Source: a virus. From it: a stretch of 32,550 nucleotides of DNA. Location of the stretch: positions 84,698-117,247 of the IMG/VR virus record IMGVR_UViG_3300017914_002709, one strand, 5' to 3'. The position numbers were made by a program, and so were the translations under genes. The notes beneath the pieces were generated by a model. That model ran no database searches, had not been told where the DNA came from, and saw only the letters and a list, made by a program, of their open reading frames with translations. This document shows, one piece after another, positions 25,966 to 32,550 of the stretch (the first letter of the stretch is position 1; every line of letters starts with the position of its first letter).

Positions 25966-27229
25966 AATGTGCCGTTACTCCAAACGGTGCTTCTAGTTCT
26001 TTGTTGTGATTGTTGTGTATAATAAACACTGTATCACACCAATCCGGATCGCCCCAACTGTCCCAAGCATATCCATCTGTAAACATGATAAACTTTTTAG
26101 GTTGGATGTCATTATCTTTCATATAGCGCCAGTTAGCCATAAAGTCTGTTCCGCCGCCACCTTTTAATTCATAATCTGTAATTGCACGACCGTCATCGCC
26201 GGAGAAGTTATCTTCATTGTACACTTCTGTATCAAAGCACCAAATTTTAATATTGTAGTCTTTGAACTCTTCCATGATACCATATACTTCGCCTAAGAAG
26301 TCTGCACCTTGCTCATTGCCAATAGAACCACTCATGTCTAATCCAATTGCAAGATCGATTGTATCCATAAAGTTCATACCTGGCAAAACTGCACTTAGAT
26401 GCCAGCCTTTACGGTTAGGACGCATGTAAGTAAAATCGCTTTTGATTGTGCTTTGGATTTGTTGACGAATTAGTTCACGCCAATTTATTTTAGGTTCTGT
26501 AATCTCTTTAATCAAACGTGCAACACCTGCAGGAACGTTTCCTGCACCTGCACTTTGTGCACTTTGAATCATTGCTTCTTTGATCTCGTCTTTGATTTGA
26601 TCAATCTCTGCTTTGGTGTATTTTGGACGTTTGCCCTTGCTTTCGCCTTCTTCGTCCTCGCCATCGCCTTCTAAGTCGAGGTGTTCATCTAGCATTTCAC
26701 CTAGTTGTTTAAGATACTCTTCGCCGTTCTTTTTTGCTTGTTCAAACAGATCATCGTACACTGCTTCTGACTGCCAACCGTCGTATTTGAAGTCTTGATA
26801 GCAATCTACAAGTTTAGGTTTTGTACCAATACGATCACGTACCAACAGATTGTTTACAATATAATCTGCTGCAATGTTGTATAACATTGGATCTCTATCT
26901 TCTCTACGTCCTAAGTGATCATATACCATGTGCAGGATTTCGTGTGCAAGAACAAACTCAATCTCTTTATTGTCCATAGCATTAAAGAATTGTGTGTTGA
27001 AATACAAGTTGCGACCGTCTACAGCCGCAGTCATTAGCCACTCGTCTGCTGCTTGGATCTTAAGACGTGTTGCCATATTACCAAAAAACGGATGACGCAA
27101 TAACAACCCGACACGGGCTGTGATAATACGTTCCATTACATCTACTCGCATAGACTCTAATTCAGACTCTGTAATATCTGGATCAGGTTGCCAATGCTTC
27201 AGTTTAGTTTGTGTATCTTTAGCAGACAT
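25952..27229 (-). CDS. HExxH metallopeptidase-like + VWA-domain protein (DUF2201-like), partner of the AAA ATPase
   Basis: AHEILH; MIDAS-type DMSGS, GGGGTDF and FTDG; strong GAGGAGGA Shine-Dalgarno. Confidence 0.85.
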   Translation of the reverse strand: MSAKDTQTKLKHWQPDPDITESELESMRVDVMERIITARVGLLLRHPFFGNMATRLKIQAADEWLMTAAVDGRNLYFNTQFFNAMDNKEIEFVLAHEILHMVYDHLGRREDRDPMLYNIAADYIVNNLLVRDRIGTKPKLVDCYQDFKYDGWQSEAVYDDLFEQAKKNGEEYLKQLGEMLDEHLDLEGDGEDEEGESKGKRPKYTKAEIDQIKDEIKEAMIQSAQSAGAGNVPAGVARLIKEITEPKINWRELIRQQIQSTIKSDFTYMRPNRKGWHLSAVLPGMNFMDTIDLAIGLDMSGSIGNEQGADFLGEVYGIMEEFKDYNIKIWCFDTEVYNEDNFSGDDGRAITDYELKGGGGTDFMANWRYMKDNDIQPKKFIMFTDGYAWDSWGDPDWCDTVFIIHNNHNKELEAPFGVTAHYEEG

Positions 27230-27254
27230 ATGTATTCCTCCTCAGTGCCCTAGT

Positions 27255-27283
27255 ATAATAACAATATTTACAACTATTGTCAA
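27255..27283 (-). promoter_or_regulatory. Sigma70-type promoter with extended -10
   Basis: TTGACA (27283-27278), 17 nt spacer, TG-T-TATTAT (-10 at 27260-27255). Confidence 0.75.
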
Positions 27284-27322
27284 GAAAAAAATAGAAAAAG
27301 TGAGCAGTTTCCTGCTCACTTT
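27284..27322 (-). terminator. Intrinsic (Rho-independent) terminator after the AAA ATPase gene
   Basis: AAAGTGAGCAG-GAAA-CTGCTCACTTT stem-loop followed by a T-rich tract on the - strand, 3 nt after the stop codon. Confidence 0.85.
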
Positions 27323-27325
27323 CTA

Positions 27326-28414
27326 TTATACCTGCTGTGCTGCTTTGATATACTTACCAAAGCGATTGTGGAACTCGTCAAAGCAATCAATCTCATCTGG
27401 ATCAATTGGCAGCGCATATTGTGTAAGTGCAAGTTTAATGCCCATAACAACTAGTTCTGTTTCAAAGTTATCCATTGAAAAGCGCAAGAAGTTATTGACT
27501 TTATCGTCAAACTTTTTATCACCTTTATCACATGCTTCTTTGAGTTCGTAGCAAAGAGAAACAGTAAGGGAATACTTGGCACTGATTTCTTCTGTCTTTA
27601 ACTCTTTTACTTTACCGGATAAGATATCGCTTGGGTTCGGAAGTTGCGATGCTACCTTACGGTGCGCCATAAACTTCACAGCAAGACCTTCTCCAACACA
27701 ACCTGCAACGAGATCCGTAGTTGCAGTTTCTTGTTCTTCGTCTTCTAATAGTTCAGAAACAAAAGTCCAAGAACGAGGTGTAGCAAAACTACGGCTTGCA
27801 CCTTTTGGGTCAAAGTCGTACAAGTCTTGTTTTGCAAATTGCAGATAACCAACAACATCTCTGTGGATTTTGTTTGTGTCATCTACTGCCCACGCAAACC
27901 AGTCGTTGAAATCAACGCCCATTTCAATGTGGACAAAACGGTTAGACAACGGAGCAGGCATACGATATGTGACACCTTTGTCTGCTTCGCGGTTACCTGC
28001 CGCAACAATAATAACATTGTCTGGCAGCTTGTATTTGCCTACACGACGATTTAGAATCAACTGGTATGCTGCCGCTTGCACAGCAGGTGCAGCTGAGTTC
28101 ATCTCGTCAAAGAACACAACAATGTTATCATATTGTGCTGCAAATTCTTCGTCTGGCAATTCTTCTGGTTCGCCCCAAACCATCTTGCCAATGTTGCTGT
28201 CAAAGTAAGGAACACCTTTGATATCTGTTGGATCCCACAATGACAAACGAATGTCAATAAGATGCGAATTTGGTAACTCACTTGTTACCTGTTCAACGAT
28301 ATCGGATTTACCAATACCTGGAGGCCCCCACAAAAAGATTGGACGCTTTTTCTTCATAGCAATGCGCATTGCGCTTTTTGCTCGACTTGGAGATAGTGTA
28401 CGTGCTTCTGACAT
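27326..28414 (-). CDS. MoxR-like AAA+ ATPase
   Basis: Walker A GPPGIGKS, Walker B FFDEMN, AAGN sensor, LSNRF and TPRSW. Confidence 0.9.
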   Translation of the reverse strand: MSEARTLSPSRAKSAMRIAMKKKRPIFLWGPPGIGKSDIVEQVTSELPNSHLIDIRLSLWDPTDIKGVPYFDSNIGKMVWGEPEELPDEEFAAQYDNIVVFFDEMNSAAPAVQAAAYQLILNRRVGKYKLPDNVIIVAAGNREADKGVTYRMPAPLSNRFVHIEMGVDFNDWFAWAVDDTNKIHRDVVGYLQFAKQDLYDFDPKGASRSFATPRSWTFVSELLEDEEQETATTDLVAGCVGEGLAVKFMAHRKVASQLPNPSDILSGKVKELKTEEISAKYSLTVSLCYELKEACDKGDKKFDDKVNNFLRFSMDNFETELVVMGIKLALTQYALPIDPDEIDCFDEFHNRFGKYIKAAQQV

Positions 28415-28447
28415 TGTATACCCTTTCTAATTCAGTGCCTATGTTTT

Positions 28448-28476
28448 ATAATAGCAAATACTGTAGTAAGTGTCAA
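28448..28476 (-). promoter_or_regulatory. Sigma70-type promoter with extended -10
   Basis: TTGACA (28476-28471), 17 nt spacer, TG-C-TATTAT (-10 at 28453-28448). Confidence 0.75.
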
Positions 28477-28479
28477 TCT

Positions 28480-28860
28480 TTATTTGTTAAAAAGATTGAA
28501 AATATTTTTGCGGTCATCATAACCGATACCTTGTTTCCAAAGGAAGTAGTCAAAAGTCTGACTATTTTCATCGATATCGTCGCCCTCTGCATCCGCAAGG
28601 AATCGTATGGCGTCTTTCCAGTTGCAATCACAGAACTTCATAGTAGCAGCTACTTGCTTGCGGAATTCGTCTAGATTCTCCGCTTCATGACGAGCTTCTT
28701 CTTTTTGGTTATACTCCATTGTGGAAACCAATGAATCCCAAACCTCTTGCTTTTCAGCAGGTGTGTATTCTGCCCAATCGTCAAAGAAACGCTGTCCGGG
28801 ACGGAAGCCATATGCATCTTTGTGAAGATCTGAAATAATATCATCGCAGTAAGTAAACAT
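28480..28860 (-). CDS. Hypothetical phage protein (probable start MFTYCDD at 28860)
   Basis: ATG at 28860 follows purine-rich AAAGGG. The ORF-track extension to 28914 is AT-rich and looks intergenic. Contains SDLHKDAYGFRP. Confidence 0.7.
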   Translation of the reverse strand: MFTYCDDIISDLHKDAYGFRPGQRFFDDWAEYTPAEKQEVWDSLVSTMEYNQKEEARHEAENLDEFRKQVAATMKFCDCNWKDAIRFLADAEGDDIDENSQTFDYFLWKQGIGYDDRKNIFNLFNK

Positions 28861-28926
28861 GTGTAAGCCCTTTTTGCTTTGTTTCATACTATTAATATAG
28901 TATATCTTTTTCAAATTACAAGAGGC

Positions 28927-29319
28927 TTAGTCATCTTTTTCTTGATTTTTTTGTCTACTCATTGCTTTTCTTAGACCGTACTTGCGTAGGTCTCCTGAAA
29001 ACAATGTTAGCTCAACTGCTTTCTTTTCGTTTGTGACAGTAATTGCACGGTTTGTTAGATAGTAAGGACAATCAATGAATTGATCTAAAAAAATTATCAC
29101 CTGCGTAGTTAGAGGCATATCCATTGGATATGGAATGTCATATGATGTAATACCTACCTTTGTCAACATTTCCATGCCTTGGTCAGTAAGTCTAAGTCCG
29201 CCTGATTCCTTGTCTCTGGTGTTGTACCACCAAATAGGAATCATAGCTTTGACATTTTCTTCTGTAACAGCCTGACCTAGTTGTTTGAGAAAAATCTTAG
29301 TAAAAACTCGTTTATTCAT
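28927..29319 (-). CDS. Hypothetical phage protein
   Basis: ATG at 29319 overlaps the end of the upstream gene; contains WWxNxR...GLRLT. Confidence 0.7.
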   Translation of the reverse strand: MNKRVFTKIFLKQLGQAVTEENVKAMIPIWWYNTRDKESGGLRLTDQGMEMLTKVGITSYDIPYPMDMPLTTQVIIFLDQFIDCPYYLTNRAITVTNEKKAVELTLFSGDLRKYGLRKAMSRQKNQEKDD

Positions 29320-29602
29320 CTGTAAGTTTTTCACCGTCTACTAATTTGTAAACACTGAACTCGTCTGTCTTAAACATTTCATTTAGTTTCTTGGCTAGAT
29401 TAAATGCGTGTCCTGGATTTGAAAAACTTGTCTTTTTATATTTCGGTCCAGGATAGTTTGTAATACTATTTGAACTTTTTAAATTGAATGGTTTGTCTTG
29501 ATAAAATACTGCCCATATAGCTTCGGCATCCAAAACCTGTTCGCTTTTGAATGTTTTTCTATCAACAAATTCACATAGTATTTTTGGCTTTGGCCTACTC
29601 AT
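29312..29602 (-). CDS. Hypothetical phage protein
   Basis: 96-aa basic ORF (MSRPKPK...YPGPKYKKTSFSNPGHA) with AAAGGA upstream. Confidence 0.75.
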   Translation of the reverse strand: MSRPKPKILCEFVDRKTFKSEQVLDAEAIWAVFYQDKPFNLKSSNSITNYPGPKYKKTSFSNPGHAFNLAKKLNEMFKTDEFSVYKLVDGEKLTDE

Positions 29603-29640
29603 ATGCGTATCCTTTAATATAAACTACGCATATATTTATC
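29601..29640 (-). promoter_or_regulatory. Late-promoter-like GATAAATA followed by a hairpin covering the start codon
   Basis: GATAAATA at 29640-29633; perfect 9-bp inverted repeat ATATGCGTA/TACGCATAT (29633-29625 / 29609-29601) whose 3' arm includes the AT of the ATG. Confidence 0.65.
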
Positions 29641-29654
29641 TTTTTATACGCCGT

Positions 29655-29900
29655 TTATTGCCAGTCCCCACCGCCGCCTATTTGAACTTGAATAACTTCG
29701 TCGCCGCCTGAACTTGCATTTTCTTTTACAAACTTTTCTAAATCGCCATTTAGTCTAGCCATTACAATGCCTAGTGTAAATGCAAGGTTCTTTGCTTGTG
29801 TAATCTCCATACGGATATCCTTGGCTCTACCTTGTTCGGCACTTTGTACTTGTTTTATAAATTGCTGTATTGGTGCTGTGTTAATTGGCTCGGTTGACAT
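29655..29900 (-). CDS. Hypothetical phage protein
   Basis: 81-aa ORF in a co-directional overlapping run. Confidence 0.7.
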   Translation of the reverse strand: MSTEPINTAPIQQFIKQVQSAEQGRAKDIRMEITQAKNLAFTLGIVMARLNGDLEKFVKENASSGGDEVIQVQIGGGGDWQ

Positions 29901-30351
29901 TGCTTAGTGCTGCCTTCATTTCTAATTCTGTTTTGTACGGACCCATATATTCGTTCCGTTCAATAGTAATTAGCTTTGGGCAAAAACTTTTTAACCAATT
30001 GACATTAAACTTTACTAGATAGTATCCTGCACAATAAACACTTTTACTTTTAGCACTTTTTGTAAACAATGGCAGTTTACGTTGAATATCATACATGCTG
30101 TTGTAAGGCTGAGTGCGTGTAGGAAATCCATGCACCACTTGTTCAGTCGATTCTTCTTTTGTAATTGTAGCAGTCAAAAAATCAGCACCAAAATTTTCTT
30201 TCAGTTCTTTTTCGTCATTATAAAACGTAACACTGCCTTTTCTGCTGTAAACAAAATTTTCATCGTCACGAGTAAGTGTACCGATACGTTGTCCACTATC
30301 TTCTACAATCCAAAATTTATTTTCGAGAATAGGTTTTGCTTTTACTGTCAT
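29881..30351 (-). CDS. Hypothetical phage protein
   Basis: 156-aa ORF with ATGA overlap to the nuclease gene. Confidence 0.75.
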   Translation of the reverse strand: MTVKAKPILENKFWIVEDSGQRIGTLTRDDENFVYSRKGSVTFYNDEKELKENFGADFLTATITKEESTEQVVHGFPTRTQPYNSMYDIQRKLPLFTKSAKSKSVYCAGYYLVKFNVNWLKSFCPKLITIERNEYMGPYKTELEMKAALSNVNRAN

Positions 30352-31328
30352 GCTTTATACCTTGCTTGTAATGGTTCACTATAGCCAGCTGCCTGATCTG
30401 CAATACGTTGTAAATCCCAACGTGCACAAAACTTCATAAGTCTCATACCAACTTGGCTAATGTTTTTGCTTTCTGTGGAAGTTATAGTAGTATTTATCTC
30501 GTTGCGGATATGGTCAGGTTGTGCAGTCAGATCACACAATGTAACATTGCGTGTGTAGTCATCTAACACACGATGTTCTACACCTTCATGATCTACCCAA
30601 CGTTGCAGCATCATGTTATTCCAGTTGAAGCCTTTTGTGTCTTTGTCAGCAAATGCTTCAATAAGACCTACTTTGTTTTTTGTGCCTTTCTTGCGCACAC
30701 CAGGGTAGGCACTAAAAACATTGTCGCTAGTGTCGCCACGCATACACTTCTCAAAAAGCATGAATGCGGGTTCAGGAGCAGGCTTTGGGTCTCCTGTCTT
30801 CTTATCGCACACGGGCTTGCCTTTGTCATCAAAATATCCTTCATGAGTAATAGTAGTGTTACTTACCCCATTGTATTGACGAACGTTAGGTGCAATCAGT
30901 TGTGCAAAGTCGCCATCTGTACTAATGATAACATGATCGTCATCTGGATGATTTTGTATCCAACCTGCAATAAGATCATCTGCTTCTAGCACAGGATTGT
31001 GCAATACAGTACAGTTAGTCTTGTCTGTAACAAACTCTTTGAACTCGTCAAAGATTTCCCAAAACACTTTGTCTTCTTCTGCTTCACGTGGTGTCATAGC
31101 ATCACGATGTTCTTTGCGATTGCGCTTGTATGGCTCATAAAAGTCTTTGCGCCAACTACGTCCTTCTAAACAGAAAACAACATGCGAACCGTTGAAGTCT
31201 TGCCATGCTTTTTTAATACTGTTTAAGGTGATGTGCATTGCCATGCCAACTTTTGTGTCAATATCACCACGTACAACATGACGTGCACGAAAGAATGTGT
31301 TAGCAGTGTCAATAAGAATATATGTCAT
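30348..31328 (-). CDS. rnh: T4 RNase H-like 5'-3' exonuclease (FEN/PIN fold)
   Basis: LIDTAN, SWRKDFYEPYKRNR, LEADD, STDGDF and RGDTSDNV...PGV motifs. Confidence 0.85.
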   Translation of the reverse strand: MTYILIDTANTFFRARHVVRGDIDTKVGMAMHITLNSIKKAWQDFNGSHVVFCLEGRSWRKDFYEPYKRNRKEHRDAMTPREAEEDKVFWEIFDEFKEFVTDKTNCTVLHNPVLEADDLIAGWIQNHPDDDHVIISTDGDFAQLIAPNVRQYNGVSNTTITHEGYFDDKGKPVCDKKTGDPKPAPEPAFMLFEKCMRGDTSDNVFSAYPGVRKKGTKNKVGLIEAFADKDTKGFNWNNMMLQRWVDHEGVEHRVLDDYTRNVTLCDLTAQPDHIRNEINTTITSTESKNISQVGMRLMKFCARWDLQRIADQAAGYSEPLQARYKA

Positions 31329-31522
31329 TAGAATGCCTCTATATAGCCTTGTTCAATAGCAGTATAGTACATTTTACTACCTTCGTCAAGCGAAAGTTTT
31401 TGTGTCATGTATTTGTAACAATCTTTATACATATCAACTTCTACAGTGTCTTTTTTACGTCTTACACTAAATGCCATGCTGTGTTCGCCTTTTTGTAAGA
31501 TCATGTTTTTAGCAATCTTCAT
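31328..31522 (-). CDS. Small hypothetical protein
   Basis: 64 aa, coupled at both ends (ATGA and TAATG overlaps). Confidence 0.65.
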   Translation of the reverse strand: MKIAKNMILQKGEHSMAFSVRRKKDTVEVDMYKDCYKYMTQKLSLDEGSKMYYTAIEQGYIEAF

Positions 31523-31902
31523 GATACTTCACTGCGTCCTTTATCAATAGGAACAACATTGATATAGCCTGCGCCACGATCTGTGTCCATATCCTGTTCA
31601 ACTAACATGTTATACACAATATCTTTGAACCAACGATCTACTACTTCTTCTTGCGGATCTGCTTCTGTACCATATCCATTTTGGATAAGTTCTTTGATAA
31701 AGTAATCATTCCAGTCAAGTTCAAAAAATCCATTGCGAATATTTTCTTCATTTACTTGCATGTCAAGCACATTGACCCAAGGCTCTTGTCGTCTTGTAGC
31801 AGCAGCCTTAGGATCAGTTTTTTGTAGAACCTGCAACTCTTTTTCTGCAAGTTCTTTTTCTTTTGCTTCAATGCCTGTAATGCGCTTTAACCATTGTTTC
31901 AT
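31519..31902 (-). CDS. Hypothetical phage protein
   Basis: 127-aa ORF (EPWVNVL...NGFFELDWN...VDRWF) with ATGA overlaps. Confidence 0.75.
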   Translation of the reverse strand: MKQWLKRITGIEAKEKELAEKELQVLQKTDPKAAATRRQEPWVNVLDMQVNEENIRNGFFELDWNDYFIKELIQNGYGTEADPQEEVVDRWFKDIVYNMLVEQDMDTDRGAGYINVVPIDKGRSEVS

Positions 31903-31985
31903 AGTTGCTTCCTTATCTTTTCATATTGCTCTTCGGTATGAATACCGTGGCTATACTTTTTAACTTTCTCAAGTTCCCCAGGCAT
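31899..31985 (-). CDS. Possible 28-aa micro-ORF (3' end of a longer alternative frame)
   Basis: MPGELEKVKKYSHGIHTEEQYEKIRKQL bridges the queE stop and the next start via an ATGA overlap. Confidence 0.4.
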   Translation of the reverse strand: MPGELEKVKKYSHGIHTEEQYEKIRKQL

Positions 31986-32550
31986 TTCCGAATAGGCTGA
32001 TGTGGAGTCTAGGCGAGAACCTCCACCCTTGTTCCATACAGAGGTTCGCCACCTCCTGTACCGTGATGTTGTATCCTTCGGAGCGACCACCAAGCGGCAT
32101 AAGGTATACAGGGCAGTCCACGCCTGCTTTACGATATTCCACAACAGCTCTACCAACTTCATCAACATCATCCATGTCAGCAACAACAAACTTGAGGTAA
32201 ACAGAACTACTGTCGCAACGAGCGTAATCCCGCAAGACATCAGGTTTGATAGCTGTTTCCCAAGTTTCTCCTGAGACGGAAAGTTTAGGAGAGCAGCTAA
32301 ATGTAAACTTGATTCTATCTTGATTGTTGATATAATCGAACAAGTCATCATGTAGAGTTTGTGTAGTGTTTGTTTCAAATGTAACATTTTTCAAATCCGC
32401 CATTTTAGGATGCTCAAATAGTTCTACATACAGTCGTTGCCACGCAAGTAACGGTTCACCGCCTGTAAGGATCAAATGAATATCCTGTCCATTATCCTGT
32501 GTCCACTTGCCTTCTGGCAGCAAACTGATCAAATGATCTACAACTTCATC
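31969..32550 (-). CDS. queE: 7-carboxy-7-deazaguanine synthase-like radical SAM protein (5'-truncated by the window edge)
   Basis: LTGGEPLL, FETNTT, SCSPKL, LKFVV, YLMP and RFSPRLH motifs; frame open to the window end. The CxxxCxxC motif is not within the window. Confidence 0.78.
   Translation of the reverse strand, partial: DEVVDHLISLLPEGKWTQDNGQDIHLILTGGEPLLAWQRLYVELFEHPKMADLKNVTFETNTTQTLHDDLFDYINNQDRIKFTFSCSPKLSVSGETWETAIKPDVLRDYARCDSSSVYLKFVVADMDDVDEVGRAVVEYRKAGVDCPVYLMPLGGRSEGYNITVQEVANLCMEQGWRFSPRLHISLFGNAWGT

Noticed and set aside
28861-28914. N-terminal extension of the 28480 ORF and a possible promoter TTGTAA...TATATT
   Set aside because: The extension looks intergenic, and the promoter match is weak with 16-nt spacing, so it is not called.
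1-32550. CRISPR array, tRNA/rRNA genes, transposase or integrase
   Set aside because: No regularly spaced repeats, cloverleaf-like sequences or recombinase motifs seen by eye, and the intergenic gaps are too short.
1-32550. Stop-codon recoding (alternative genetic code)
   Set aside because: Genes are full length and tile the window under the standard code, with TAA, TGA and TAG all used as stops.

Overview
AT-rich, gene-dense window from what is most likely a large T4-like/jumbo dsDNA phage. It carries a T4-RNase-H-like nuclease, a MoxR-type AAA+/VWA pair, QueE, a fibre-like virion protein and T4-late-like ATAAATA motifs, and no cellular housekeeping genes. The left ~20 kb is an enzyme island of two convergent, tightly overlapped operons. 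The + strand arm (1-14732) has 7 complete radical SAM genes plus one probable partial, 5 of them with an N-terminal twitch domain. It also has 4 SGNH-like proteins, each directly behind a radical SAM gene, followed by an SDR, a nitroreductase, three 2OG-Fe(II)/Asp-hydroxylase-like oxygenases and a GNAT. The - strand arm (20386-14708) has a radical SAM, a SET domain, a thiolase lacking its second Cys, a 52-aa micro-ORF, a PLP enzyme, a sulfotransferase and a benzoate-CoA-ligase-like enzyme. Next to the island lie an S8 protease with a cupredoxin-like domain and a fibre-like gene whose RBS is buried in a hairpin with a late-promoter motif at the loop. The best candidate for an undescribed system is this phage-encoded radical SAM/SGNH hypermodification (tailoring) cluster; its substrate cannot be determined from sequence. 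All family calls are motif recognition by eye, not database searches.
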